Shown here piece by piece: positions 41,707-51,935 of a DNA stretch of 64,000 nt; the stretch's first letter is position 1; each line of letters opens with the position of its first letter. A program made the position numbers and the translations under genes. The notes under the pieces were generated by a model, which was not told the DNA's origin, did no database searches, and saw only the letters and a program-made list of their open reading frames with translations. The DNA comes from an uncultured bacterium (GTDB lineage: Bacteria > Actinomycetota > Actinomycetes > JAVEEB01), in the NCBI GenBank assembly GCA_964236265.1, contig CAXSDE010000004.1, forward strand, positions 32,331 through 96,330. Direction: 5' to 3'.

Positions 41707-44700
41707 ATGTCGGACACCACCTCAGGTCGGGGACCCACCACTGTTTCGCGCGGGATGCGCGCGTTGCTCAGCGCCGTGCTCGTCGCCGCCTCGATGCTGT
41801 TCGGCGCCGTCACTGCCACCAGCGCGAACGCGACAGGACCGACGCTGACGGTGACGCCGAGCTCCACCGTGCGCGTCCCGCCGAGTGGGTCGACGGGCCT
41901 GTCGGGTCTCACGGTGTCGGGGGATGCGATCGACGACCTCACGGTCACCGTTGCCACGGACTTCGCCACGTTGAGCGTCGGCACGACCACCAACGTCGTC
42001 CTCGGCTACAACAACAGCTGGACCGGCACGCAGTCGGTCACCTTCTCGGGTCTGCAGTCCGACATCGACACGGCCCTGGCTTCCGTCTCGCTCGTGACGA
42101 CCGGGACGACCGGCACGGCGCACGTGTCGCTGACCGCGTTCGTGTCGCAGGCGGGGCTGTATTACCTGGCCAGCAACCAGCACTTCTACCAGTACGTCGC
42201 GAGCCCCTCGGTGACGTGGACGACCAGCGACATCAACGCCCGCGCCTCCAGTTTCCAAGGCCAACAAGGCTATCTCGCCACGATCCCCAACGACACGGTC
42301 AACGCATTCATCTCCACGAAGATCGCCAACGCCACCAACATCTGGTTCGGCGCGCGAGCATATGAAGCCGCCGCCACGGACGGTTCCCAGTCGTATGCGG
42401 TCGTCGGCGGAACGACCTACGCGCGGGTGTGGCGCTGGGCGGTCGGCGCCAACGAGAGTCCCATCCAGGGCACGGTCATCAGCGAGTGCACCAACGCGGC
42501 CGGCGCCTGCACGTTCCAGAACGCCGGGAGTTTCTACAGCAGCTGGGCCGGCGGCGAACCCAACAACTTCAACGTGAACGGCGCCGTCGCGTACGCGGGC
42601 GAGTACGTCGCCGTCACCAACTGGAGCGGCACTCTCGGCAAGTGGAACGATTTGCCGCCGGGCAACACGGGCACCAGCGGCTACGTCGTCGAGTACGGCG
42701 GCCGGACCAACGCCGACGCCTCCTTGGGCACGGGCTTCGCCGGTGTCGTGACGGCCACGGGCACCACGACGGTCGCCAACGCACCGGCCGTCCCCGCCGC
42801 CCCCGTTCTCAACGGAGTGCGCGGCGACACCGTGATCGACCTGTCGTGGACCCCGCCGAACGACGGTGGCTCCTCGATCACGGGTTATGAGAGCTCCGTC
42901 AACGGCGGCGCGTGGGCCACCCAGCCGACGACGTCGAGCAACGCGGTCGTCAACGGCAACGTCGTCACCACGGTCGCCGCGACGCTCACCGGTCTCACGA
43001 ACGGCACGTCGTACACCGTGCAGGTCCGTGCGTTGAGCAGCGCCGGCACGGGCGCCGCGAGCAACACCGTGACGCTGACGCCCGCGGCGGTGCCCGGCGC
43101 CCCGACCATCGGCACGGCGACCGGTGGCAACGCGCAGGCGACCGTCGCCTTCACCCCGCCGGGCGCCACCGGCGGCTCGGCCATCACGTCCTACACCGTG
43201 ACCTCCGGACCCGGCACGCCGGTGACGGCGACGTGCGCGGCGAGCCCCTGCACCGTCACGGGTTTGTCGAACGGCGCCTCCTACGTGTTCACCGTGCACG
43301 CCACCAACGCGGCCGGCTCGGGAGCCGAATCGGGTGCGTCCACCTCCGTCACGCCGATGACCGTGCCGGGTGCGCCGACGGTTCTCGCCGCGACGCGCGG
43401 CAACGGTTTCGCGAGCGTCGCGTTCGCGGCGCCCGCGAGCAACGGTGGCTCGCCCATCACCGGCTACACCATGACGACCTCACCGGGCGGCGCGACGGTG
43501 GCCTGCTCCGCCAGCCCGTGCGTGAAGAGCTCGCTCACCAATGGGACGGCCTACACGTTCACCATCCACGCGACCAACGTCGTGGGCAACAGCGTCGAGT
43601 CGGCGGCGTCCAACAGCGTCACTCCGGCGACCACCCCGGGAGTCCCGACCGGCGTCTCGGCGGTGCGTGGCAATGCGTCCGCGGTCGTGACCTGGACGGC
43701 GCCCGCGTCGACGGGCGGCTCCGCGATCACCAGCTACGTCGTGTCCGTCCACCCCGGCAGCGGCACGCAGTCGTGCGGCAGCCCGTGCACGGTCAGCGGC
43801 CTGACGAACGGCACGTCCTACACGTTCTCCGTGCACGCCGTGAACGCCGTTGGCGCCGGCACGGAGTCGGCCAACTCCGCTGCCGTCACCCCGGCCGGGC
43901 CCCCGAGCGCGCCGAGCGGACTCGTCGTCACCCGCGGCGACCAGACGGCCGTGGTCTCGTTCACGGCTCCCGGCGCGAACGGGTCAGCGATCACGGGCTA
44001 CGAGGTGTCCATCAACGGCGGGACCACGTGGCAGTCGCTGGCCACCGCCGGTTCGCCCACGGTCACGGGAACCGTGACCGGCTTGACGAACGGCACCAGT
44101 TACCCGGTGACCGTGCGGGCGGTGAACGCCATCGGCGCGAGCCCGCAGGCGACGCCGCAGGCCGTCACTCCCGCGACGGTCCCCGGCGCGCCGGGCACCC
44201 CGTCGGTGCTGCGCGGCGCGTCGCAGGTCAGCGTGAGCTGGACCGCGCCGGCGAGCAACGGCGGCGACCCGCTCACCGGCTACACGGTGACCTCGAGCCC
44301 GGGTGGCAACACCTGCACGGCGGCGGCCGCCGCGACGTCGTGCACCGTGACGGGGCTGACCAACGGCACCAGCTACACCTTCACGGTCCACGCGAGCAAC
44401 ACCGTCGGCAACGGCAGCGAGTCACCGGCGTCGGCCGCGGCTGTTCCGATGACGACGCCCGGCGCGCCGACGGGCGTGTCCGGTGTGCCGGGTGACCAGT
44501 CGGTCTCCGTCAGCTTCAGTGCGCCGGCCTCGAACGGCGGCAGCGCCATCATCTCGTTCACGGTGACCGCGTCCCCGGGGGGCGCCACCGCGACCTGCAG
44601 TGCGTCGCCGTGCGTCGTGCCCGGCCTGACCAACGGCACCGCCTACACGTTCACCGTGCACGCGGCCAACAGCATCGGCAACGGGGCGGAGTCCGCACCG

Positions 44701-47283
44701 TCCCCGTCCATCACCCCGATCACGGTCGCGGGGCCGCCGACCGCGGCAGCCGCCAGTCGCGGCGACGGGCAAGCGGTCGTGACGTTCGCGCCACCCGCGG
44801 CCAACGGCGGCGGCGCCATCACCGGTTACCGCGTCACGACGCATCCCGGCGGCGCCGTCCTGCTGTGCGCGGCGAGCCCGTGCACCGTCGGCGGACTGAC
44901 GAACGGCACCGCCTACACCTTCACCATCGCCGCCATCAACGCCGCGGGCCCGGGCCCCGATTCGGCACCGACGGCTCCAGTGACGCCGGCCACGCTGCCG
45001 GACGCGCCGACGGCCGTCACCGCGACACGCGGCGACTCGTCCGCGGCGGTGACGTTCAACGCGCCGCCGTCGGACGGCGGTTCGGCGGTCACCGGCTACA
45101 CCGTCACCGCGTCACCGTCGGGGATGACGGGCTCGTGTGCGGTCAGCCCGTGCACCGTCAGCGGCCTCACGAACGGCACCTCCTACACGTTCACCGTGCA
45201 CGCCACGAACGCGATCGGCGACAGTGTGGAGTCCGTGCCGTCCACCGCTGTCACACCGGCCACCGTGCCGGGCGCCCCGACAGGGGTGGGCGCGACCGCG
45301 GGCGACTCGTCCGCCGTCGTGACGTTCACGGCGCCCGTTGCCACCGGCGGATCCGCCGTCACCGGATACCGCGTCACGGCGCAGCCGGGTGGGTCGGTCA
45401 CGCTCTGCGCCGCCAGCCCGTGCGCGGTCAGCGGTCTCACGAACGGCACCGCATACACCTTCGTGGTCGCCGCCGGCAACGCCGTCGGGACGGGACCCGA
45501 CTCCGCCGCCTCCGCCGCCGTCGCCCCCGCCGGTGCACCGGACGCCCCGACCGCCGTCGGCGCCGTCGCTGGTGACCAGTCCGCGTCGGTCAGCTTCAGT
45601 GCGCCGGCCTTCGACGGCGGCTCGCCGATCACCGGCTACACCGTCAGCGCCAGCCCCGGCTCCGCGACGGTCTCGTGCGCAGCGTCCCCGTGTGTCGTGT
45701 CCGGGTTGACCAATGGGTCCTCGTACAGCTTCACCGTGCACGCCACGAACGCCATCGGCAGCGGTCCGGAGTCCGCGGCCTCCACCCCGGTCGTGCCCGG
45801 GCCCGTGCCGGCCGCACCGACAGGAGTCACTGCCGCCGCCGGGAACGCCGGAGCCGTCGTCACATGGACGGCGCCGAGTGACGGTGGGACGCCGATCACC
45901 GGTTACTCCGTGACCGTCTCGCCGGGCGGCGGGGTCACCACGTGCACGAGTCCCTGCACGATTGCGGGGCTGACGAACGGCGTCTCGTACACGTTCACCG
46001 TCACCGCGACGAACAGCGTCGGCACCGGGGCCGCGTCCGCGCCGTCGGCCGCCGTGACCCCCGCCGCCGTGCCCGACGCTCCGACGGCCGTCGGTGCGAC
46101 GCCCGGCGACGGCCTCGTGACCGTCACCTTCACCGCGCCGGGATCCGACGGCGGGACGCCCATCACCGGTTACCGCGTCACGGTGACGCCCGGCGGTGCC
46201 GCGACGCTGTGTACGGCGAGTCCGTGCACCGTTTCCGGGTTGACCAACGGCACGCCGTACACGGTCACCGTGGCCGCGATCAATGCGGTCGGCACCGGCC
46301 CGGACTCCGCGTCGTCGGCCGCCGTGACACCGGTCGCACCCGCGCCTTCGGTCACGCCGACTCCGACGGTGTCGAGCACTCCGACGGTGTCGGCTACTCC
46401 GACGGTGTCGGCTACTCCGACGGTGTCCGCTACCCCTAGCGCATCGACTACCCCGACCGGTTCTGTCTTCCCGACCGTGTCCGCTACCCCGACCGGGTCC
46501 GCTACCCCGACCGGGTCCGCTACCCCAACCGGGTCCGCTACCCCAACCGGGTCCGCTACCCCGGCGCCCACCCCCTCGAGCCCCCCGACGTCGGTCAGCC
46601 CGGGCAGCAAGCCGCCGGTGCCGCAGGGCATCCGCGCCGTTCCCGGCAACGCCCGCGTGACGATCAGCTGGTCGACGTTCGCCGGCGCCGGCGTCTCGGC
46701 GGTGACGACCTACACGGTGACCGCGCAGCCGGGTGGCGGCACCTGCTCGACGACCGGGTCCTCGTGTGTCGTGGAGCCGCTGACGAATGGCAAGACCTAC
46801 CGCTTCTCGGTCGTCGCGGCGAACCTCGTCGGTGCAAGCGCGCCGTCCGCCGTGGTGAGCGCGATGCCCGCCGGGCCCCCGTCGGCGCCGGTGGCGCCGG
46901 CCGTCGACGGGTCGGGCACGTCGGTGACCGTCACGTGGCAGGTGCCGGCCCACCTGTTCGGGTCGACCATCACCGGCTACACGGTCACCGCGGCACCGGG
47001 CGGCGCCACGTGCACACCGACGCCGGAAACGGCGACATGGTGCGTGGTGTCCGGGCTCACCGCGGGGAGGGCCTACACCTTCCGCGTCGTCGCGCACAGC
47101 ACGGCCGGCGACTCGGACGTGAGCCTCAGCTCCCGTCCGGTGCAGATCGTCGCCGCCGGGCCGTCGCTGTCCTACACCGGCGCCCCGATCGAGCAGATCC
47201 TCGTTCTCGGCCTCGTTCTGGTCGGTCTCGGCACCGCCGCGACCACGGTCGGTCGCCGCCGCCGTCGCCCCGACGCCGCATGA
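41707..47283 (+). CDS. giant cell-surface protein: signal peptide, C-type lectin domain, about 18 fibronectin type III repeats, Pro/Thr linker, sortase-like anchor
   Basis: Signal MRALLSAVLVAASMLFGAVTATSANA. CTLD motifs (WFGA, GEPNN, WND). About 16 consecutive 88-aa FN3 units with the consensus GGS.ITGY.VT.SPGG...C.ASPC.V.GLTNGT.YTFTV, plus two more after the linker. C-terminal LSYTG followed by a hydrophobic stretch and RRRRR. Confidence 0.85.
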   Translation: MSDTTSGRGPTTVSRGMRALLSAVLVAASMLFGAVTATSANATGPTLTVTPSSTVRVPPSGSTGLSGLTVSGDAIDDLTVTVATDFATLSVGTTTNVVLGYNNSWTGTQSVTFSGLQSDIDTALASVSLVTTGTTGTAHVSLTAFVSQAGLYYLASNQHFYQYVASPSVTWTTSDINARASSFQGQQGYLATIPNDTVNAFISTKIANATNIWFGARAYEAAATDGSQSYAVVGGTTYARVWRWAVGANESPIQGTVISECTNAAGACTFQNAGSFYSSWAGGEPNNFNVNGAVAYAGEYVAVTNWSGTLGKWNDLPPGNTGTSGYVVEYGGRTNADASLGTGFAGVVTATGTTTVANAPAVPAAPVLNGVRGDTVIDLSWTPPNDGGSSITGYESSVNGGAWATQPTTSSNAVVNGNVVTTVAATLTGLTNGTSYTVQVRALSSAGTGAASNTVTLTPAAVPGAPTIGTATGGNAQATVAFTPPGATGGSAITSYTVTSGPGTPVTATCAASPCTVTGLSNGASYVFTVHATNAAGSGAESGASTSVTPMTVPGAPTVLAATRGNGFASVAFAAPASNGGSPITGYTMTTSPGGATVACSASPCVKSSLTNGTAYTFTIHATNVVGNSVESAASNSVTPATTPGVPTGVSAVRGNASAVVTWTAPASTGGSAITSYVVSVHPGSGTQSCGSPCTVSGLTNGTSYTFSVHAVNAVGAGTESANSAAVTPAGPPSAPSGLVVTRGDQTAVVSFTAPGANGSAITGYEVSINGGTTWQSLATAGSPTVTGTVTGLTNGTSYPVTVRAVNAIGASPQATPQAVTPATVPGAPGTPSVLRGASQVSVSWTAPASNGGDPLTGYTVTSSPGGNTCTAAAAATSCTVTGLTNGTSYTFTVHASNTVGNGSESPASAAAVPMTTPGAPTGVSGVPGDQSVSVSFSAPASNGGSAIISFTVTASPGGATATCSASPCVVPGLTNGTAYTFTVHAANSIGNGAESAPSPSITPITVAGPPTAAAASRGDGQAVVTFAPPAANGGGAITGYRVTTHPGGAVLLCAASPCTVGGLTNGTAYTFTIAAINAAGPGPDSAPTAPVTPATLPDAPTAVTATRGDSSAAVTFNAPPSDGGSAVTGYTVTASPSGMTGSCAVSPCTVSGLTNGTSYTFTVHATNAIGDSVESVPSTAVTPATVPGAPTGVGATAGDSSAVVTFTAPVATGGSAVTGYRVTAQPGGSVTLCAASPCAVSGLTNGTAYTFVVAAGNAVGTGPDSAASAAVAPAGAPDAPTAVGAVAGDQSASVSFSAPAFDGGSPITGYTVSASPGSATVSCAASPCVVSGLTNGSSYSFTVHATNAIGSGPESAASTPVVPGPVPAAPTGVTAAAGNAGAVVTWTAPSDGGTPITGYSVTVSPGGGVTTCTSPCTIAGLTNGVSYTFTVTATNSVGTGAASAPSAAVTPAAVPDAPTAVGATPGDGLVTVTFTAPGSDGGTPITGYRVTVTPGGAATLCTASPCTVSGLTNGTPYTVTVAAINAVGTGPDSASSAAVTPVAPAPSVTPTPTVSSTPTVSATPTVSATPTVSATPSASTTPTGSVFPTVSATPTGSATPTGSATPTGSATPTGSATPAPTPSSPPTSVSPGSKPPVPQGIRAVPGNARVTISWSTFAGAGVSAVTTYTVTAQPGGGTCSTTGSSCVVEPLTNGKTYRFSVVAANLVGASAPSAVVSAMPAGPPSAPVAPAVDGSGTSVTVTWQVPAHLFGSTITGYTVTAAPGGATCTPTPETATWCVVSGLTAGRAYTFRVVAHSTAGDSDVSLSSRPVQIVAAGPSLSYTGAPIEQILVLGLVLVGLGTAATTVGRRRRRPDAA
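46360..46562. repeat. in-frame 18 bp tandem repeats (PTVSAT x3, PTGSAT x4) in the Pro/Thr linker of the giant protein
   Basis: ACTCCGACGGTGTCGGCT and ACCCCGACCGGGTCCGCT units. Confidence 0.7.
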
Positions 47284-47336
47284 CCGTGCGGCGGGGCTGC
47301 GCACCGCGGTCGGTCTGACGGGCCGAGCTCGTCCTG

Positions 47337-47687
47337 CTACACAGGGAACAGGACGTGCGCCAGTGCGCTGAGCGCCTCGGGGATGGTCCGGTAGTAGACG
47401 TTCATTCCGACGCGCTCTTTGGTCACAAGGCCGGCTTCGAAGAGTTGCTTGAGGTGGTGGCTGGCGGTGCCCTCGCTGAGACCAACCGCGGGCGCCAGGT
47501 CACAGGTGCAGCAGCCGTCGACCGGGGCGTCGGCGAGCATCGACAGCAGCTGCACCCGGACCGGGTCGGCGACAGCCTTGAGTCGCTTGGCGACAGCGAG
47601 CGCGTCCTTGTAGGACATCACACCCGCACTGAGCGGCGCACAACACAGCGGCGCCGTCGCATCGATGACGGGAAGCTGTTTGGGCAT
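47337..47687 (-). CDS. arsR: ArsR/SmtB-family metalloregulator
   Basis: HTH VRVQLLSMLADAPVDGCCTCDL with a Cys triad in the DNA-binding helix. Divergent from arsM. Confidence 0.85.
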   Translation of the reverse strand: MPKQLPVIDATAPLCCAPLSAGVMSYKDALAVAKRLKAVADPVRVQLLSMLADAPVDGCCTCDLAPAVGLSEGTASHHLKQLFEAGLVTKERVGMNVYYRTIPEALSALAHVLFPV

Positions 47688-47707
47688 CGCGCAAGCATCC
47701 TTGATAA

Positions 47708-47747
47708 TTTGACAAACGTCAAAGATGCCATTTCGATGTGAATCGAA
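47708..47747. promoter_or_regulatory. two perfect palindromes in the arsR-arsM divergent promoter (putative ArsR operators)
   Basis: TTTGAC-AAAC-GTCAAA (47708-47723) and TTCGAT-GTGA-ATCGAA (47732-47747) in an unusually AT-rich spacer just upstream of the arsM RBS AGAGGAG. Confidence 0.5.
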
Positions 47748-47759
47748 GATCTAGAGGAG

Positions 47760-48554
47760 ATGCGGACCGTGGCAAACGAATCAGCAGTGGTGCGCGAGCA
47801 GGTGCGGGAGCGGTACGCGAGTGCCGCGCTCGCCGTGATCGGCGGCGGGCAGGCGTCAAGCGGCCCTGACTCTGTGTCCGGCTGCTGCGCCCCTGCAGCA
47901 GATGCTTTTCAGAACATGGGCGTCGACTTCGGAGCTGAGCTCTACACGGCCGCCGACGGTGCCGAACTCCCTGCCGCGGCCGTCGCCGCGAGCCTCGGTT
48001 GCGGCAACCCGCTCGCCGTGGCTGACCTCCGCGAAGGCGAGACAGTCCTTGACCTCGGATCCGGTGGCGGCATCGACGTCATCCTGTCCGCGCGCCGCGT
48101 CGGCGCGACCGGGAAGGCGTACGGGGTCGACATGACCGACGAGATGCTCACCCTCGCCCGCGCGAACGCGCAGACGGCCGGCGTGACCAATGTCGAGTTC
48201 CTCAAGGGAACGATCGAGACTCTGCCCCTGGGTGACGCGAGCATCGACGTAGTCATCAGCAACTGCGTCATCAACCTTTCGACCGACAAGCCGGCCGTGT
48301 TCGCGGAGATGAGCCGCGTCCTTCGCGCCGGCGGACGCGTCGGCGTCAGCGATGTCGTTGCCGAGGACCGCCTGCCCGTCGCCGAACGCGCGGAGCGCGG
48401 CGAACACGCTGGATGCATCGCCGGAGCGCTGTCCGTCGCCGAATACACCGATGGTCTGACCTCAGCCGGTTTCGTCGAGGTGACGGTGACGTTCACCCAC
48501 GAGGTCGCGGACGGGCTGCACGGCGCCATCGTGCGCGCCACCAAGCAGGCATGA
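47760..48554 (+). CDS. arsM: arsenite S-adenosylmethionine methyltransferase
   Basis: SAM motif [12 protein letters not shown]. Conserved Cys (GCC near the N-terminus, NCVINL, GC). 264 aa. Confidence 0.85.
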   Translation: MRTVANESAVVREQVRERYASAALAVIGGGQASSGPDSVSGCCAPAADAFQNMGVDFGAELYTAADGAELPAAAVAASLGCGNPLAVADLREGETVLDLGSGGGIDVILSARRVGATGKAYGVDMTDEMLTLARANAQTAGVTNVEFLKGTIETLPLGDASIDVVISNCVINLSTDKPAVFAEMSRVLRAGGRVGVSDVVAEDRLPVAERAERGEHAGCIAGALSVAEYTDGLTSAGFVEVTVTFTHEVADGLHGAIVRATKQA

Positions 48555-49285
48555 CGCGCAACCGGTCCGCGTTCGCCGAGTTCCTCGGCACCGCCCTGCT
48601 GATGGCGACCGTGATCGGGTCCGGCATCGCCGCGCAGCGCCTGTCGCCGAACGACGTCGGCCTCGAGCTGCTCGAGAACGCTCTCGTCACGGGGGCCGCG
48701 CTCGTCGCCTTGATTCTCGCCCTGGGCCCGGTGTCGGCTGCGTTCAACCCGGTCGTGACGCTCACGGAGCGGGTGATGGGTGCGATCAGCACGTCCGACG
48801 CGGTCGTGTTCGTCGCGGCACAGCTCGCCGGTGGGTTCGTCGGTGCCGTCGTTGCCAACCTCATGTTCGACGAGCCCGCCGTCGCCATCTCCACGCACGT
48901 GCGCTCCACGGGAGCGTTGTGGCTCAGCGAGGTCGTCGCCACCTTCGGTCTCGTCCTCGTCATCTTCGGAGTCGTCCGCTCGGGCCGGAAGTCGACGGTC
49001 GCTTTCGCGGTCGGCGGCTACATCACTGCGGCGTACTGGTTCACCAGCTCGACAAGTTTCGCCAACCCGGCGGCCGCGTTCGCGCGGATGTTCTCCAACA
49101 CGTTCGCGGGGATCGCCCCGTCGTCGGTGCCGGCGTTCATCGCCGCGCAGCTTGTCGGAGGCGCCCTCGGGCTGGCCGCCGTGCGTGTGCTCTACCCATC
49201 GGCGGCGAGCTTGGCCGGCGACGTTGCCCATCTCGACTCGTTGCCGCGCGACGCGGCTCCCAACGCCACGGAGGCAACCCGATGA
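48551..49285 (+). CDS. MIP-family aquaglyceroporin (arsenite channel AqpS-like)
   Basis: NPV (first) and NPA (second) half-helix motifs. 6 TM. Start overlaps the arsM stop (ATGA). Confidence 0.8.
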   Translation: MTRNRSAFAEFLGTALLMATVIGSGIAAQRLSPNDVGLELLENALVTGAALVALILALGPVSAAFNPVVTLTERVMGAISTSDAVVFVAAQLAGGFVGAVVANLMFDEPAVAISTHVRSTGALWLSEVVATFGLVLVIFGVVRSGRKSTVAFAVGGYITAAYWFTSSTSFANPAAAFARMFSNTFAGIAPSSVPAFIAAQLVGGALGLAAVRVLYPSAASLAGDVAHLDSLPRDAAPNATEATR

Positions 49286-49710
49286 CCAAGCCCACCGTCC
49301 TTTTCGCGTGCATCCACAACTCCGGCCGCTCCGTCGCCGCCGCGAAACTCGCCCAGCTCTACGGCGGCGATCAGGTCACCGTGCTCTCTGCCGGCTCAGA
49401 GCCGGCAACAGACGTCAACCCCGCCGTTGCCCAGGTCCTCGCCGAGCGGGGGATCTCCACCGACGACCACGTCCCGACGCTCCTGGACTACGACCTCGTC
49501 GAGGGGTGCGACGTCGTCATCACCATGGGCTGCGGCGAGACCTGTCCCGCCTTCCCCGGCAAGCGCTACGAGGACTGGCAGCTCGACGACCCCAAGGGTC
49601 AAGGCATCGACAAGGTCCGCGGCACCGTCGCCGAGATTGACACACACGTCCGCGCACTGCTCATGGAGCTTGTGCCCGACCTGCAGATGCCTGCGACCGC
49701 GTCAGCATGA
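49282..49710 (+). CDS. arsC: arsenate reductase, LMW-PTP family
   Basis: CIHNSGRS P-loop at the N-terminus. 142 aa. Start overlaps the aqpS stop. Confidence 0.85.
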   Translation: MTKPTVLFACIHNSGRSVAAAKLAQLYGGDQVTVLSAGSEPATDVNPAVAQVLAERGISTDDHVPTLLDYDLVEGCDVVITMGCGETCPAFPGKRYEDWQLDDPKGQGIDKVRGTVAEIDTHVRALLMELVPDLQMPATASA

Positions 49711-49905
49711 CCTGCGAGGACACCGGGCACGACGCGACCGTGCCACCCGAACACGGGGCTCACTGATCAAGGCGGGCTGGTAACAGAGCGACGAGTCGGC
49801 TGACGCCTCCGCCTGGATCCACGAGACCGCTCGCACCGCCGTGGCGGTCACTCGCTTGTCCCAACTCCAGCAGAAGAATTGGACGAACGGTCGAGGGCGG
49901 GTCGA

Positions 49906-51033
49906 TCAGGTGGCCAACTCGGCGCGAATGGCGGCGACGAAGCTGTCGATGTCGGCGGGGGTCGTGTCGAAGGAGCACATCCAGCGCACCTCACCCGTGT
50001 GCTCGTCCCAGACGTAGAACGGGAACCGCGCCTGCAGCCGCGACGTCACCGCCGCGGGCAGAACCGCAAACACCGCATTCGCGTGCGACGGCCGGCTGAT
50101 GCCGACGCCGGGGACGGCGGAGATACCGGGGATAGCGGCGATGCCGGCGGCCAGACGCGCCGCCATCGCGTTGGCGTGGCGTGCGCTGCGCAGCCACAGA
50201 TCCGTGCCGAGCAGCGTCTCGAACTGCACGCCGACGAAGCGCATCTTCGATGACAACTGCATCGCGGCTTTGCGCAGGAACGCAATGCCCCGCACCGCGT
50301 TCGGATCGAGGACGACCACCGCTTCGCCGTACAGGAGTCCGTTCTTCGTTCCTCCGAAGCTGACGACGTCGACGCCGACGTCCGTCGTGAACGCGTGCAA
50401 CGGAAGCTCGAGCGCGGCGGCGGCGTTGGCGATGCGCGCACCGTCGAGGTGCACGAGCATCCCGCGCTCGTGCGCGTGGCTGGAGATAGCGGCGATCTCG
50501 GCCGGTGTGTAGACAGTGCCGAGCTCGGTGGTCTGGGTAATGGACACGACCCTCGGCTGCGCCCGGTGCTGGTCACCGAATCCCCACGCGCGGGTATCGA
50601 TCAGCGACGGCGTGAGCTTGCCGTCCGGGGTCGCGAGGGGCAGCAGTTTGAGCCCCGCGACCTTCTCGGGGGCGCCGCACTCGTCCACGTTGATGTGCGC
50701 GGTGTCGGCGCACACCACGGCGTCCCAGCGTTCGGTCATCGACTGCAGGGACACGACGTTCGCGCCGGTGCCGTTGAAGACGAAGAACGTCTCCGCCTGC
50801 TCGCCGAAGTGCCGGCGGAACGTGGCGATGGCAGCCGCCGTGTATGGATCGCCCCCGTAACTGGCGACGTGGCCGCCGTTCGCGACGGCGAGCGCGGCGA
50901 GGACCTCCGGATGCACACCGGCGTAGTTGTCGCTGGCGAAACCGCGCTTGTCGGGATCGTGCAGCCGCTTGGTCGCCTCGCCCGCCGCCGGCTCGCCCCC
51001 CGCCGGCTCGGCGGTCGTCACGTCGTCAGTCAC
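49906..51033 (-). CDS. ltaE: low-specificity L-threonine aldolase
   Basis: GFASDNY... and FGGTKNG (PLP Lys). Fold-type I aminotransferase-like. Confidence 0.85.
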   Translation of the reverse strand: MTDDVTTAEPAGGEPAAGEATKRLHDPDKRGFASDNYAGVHPEVLAALAVANGGHVASYGGDPYTAAAIATFRRHFGEQAETFFVFNGTGANVVSLQSMTERWDAVVCADTAHINVDECGAPEKVAGLKLLPLATPDGKLTPSLIDTRAWGFGDQHRAQPRVVSITQTTELGTVYTPAEIAAISSHAHERGMLVHLDGARIANAAAALELPLHAFTTDVGVDVVSFGGTKNGLLYGEAVVVLDPNAVRGIAFLRKAAMQLSSKMRFVGVQFETLLGTDLWLRSARHANAMAARLAAGIAAIPGISAVPGVGISRPSHANAVFAVLPAAVTSRLQARFPFYVWDEHTGEVRWMCSFDTTPADIDSFVAAIRAELAT

Positions 51034-51123
51034 GCGCGCTCCCCTTGATCTGACCGGCAGGGCCGCCCTCGGCAGTTACCGTCACTCCCGCAACAATGCT
51101 CCGCCCCTCGATGCAGGCGAGCA

Positions 51124-51846
51124 TCAGCCCGTCCTGGCCACGAACGTCGTGACGTCCACCGCAAACCAGGTGCTGGCGGCCAGCCCCACCAGCGCGCCGT
51201 GCCCGTCGTACACGGCGGATCCGCACTGGGCGATCCGCCGGCTCGTCCGCTCGCGCACCCAGCCCACCACCACGTGTCGCTCACCCACCCGGGGTGCCCC
51301 GGTCAGCAGGGCGGTGATGCGCCCGAGGACCACCGCGCGGCCCTCGTCGTCGATCGCCCAGGCGCTGGGGCAGTCCAGGGCCGCCCAGACGGCGGGCAGG
51401 ACGGCGTGGCCGGTGCCGTCGTCGGTCCAGGCTGCGGGCCGCCACGGCGCCGCGACCACGTCAGGTGCGACGCGGCCGGGCCGCAGCCGCAGGGCGTCGG
51501 ACTCGTCACGGCCCGTCCCGCAGACGACGCAGCCGGGAAAGGGATGACGAACGTCTCCGATGTAGGACGGCGCTGCCGCGACCGCGGCGTCCCACGACAC
51601 GGGAGCGGGTGGATCGAGAGCAACGTCCCCGGGAACGGCGGTCGCCAGCTCGGCGCCGTCGAGCGTGAGGGAAGCGGAGCCGGCAGCGGTCAGCACCGTC
51701 AGTGCGGTGTCGACCGGCGTCGGGCGCCGCAGCGTGACCGTCGCGGACAGGGGATCGCCGGCCGCCGCCGCGAGCAGGCCCGCGAGCCAGCCGCCGTTGG
51801 CAATTGCGGGCGGGCCCTGGAAACGGCCGGGAATCATGAGCATCAC
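51124..51846 (-). CDS. hypothetical protein, possibly hotdog-fold thioesterase-like
   Basis: 240 aa ORF with coding-like composition. Weak PaaI-like features. Function uncertain. Confidence 0.35.
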   Translation of the reverse strand: MMLMIPGRFQGPPAIANGGWLAGLLAAAAGDPLSATVTLRRPTPVDTALTVLTAAGSASLTLDGAELATAVPGDVALDPPAPVSWDAAVAAAPSYIGDVRHPFPGCVVCGTGRDESDALRLRPGRVAPDVVAAPWRPAAWTDDGTGHAVLPAVWAALDCPSAWAIDDEGRAVVLGRITALLTGAPRVGERHVVVGWVRERTSRRIAQCGSAVYDGHGALVGLAASTWFAVDVTTFVARTG

Positions 51847-51935
51847 GCGAGACAGGCTAACCGGACCGCCGGTTTACTGGACGTCCAGTAAACGTCCAGG
51901 AACCGTCCAGGTGCAGCACAGTGGGAGTTCCGACG

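Noticed and set aside
41722-47304. 525-aa and 730-aa minus-strand ORFs inside the giant lectin/FN3 gene
   Set aside because: They are shadow ORFs of a repetitive GC-rich coding region. The plus-strand frame carries a signal peptide and clean domain repeats.
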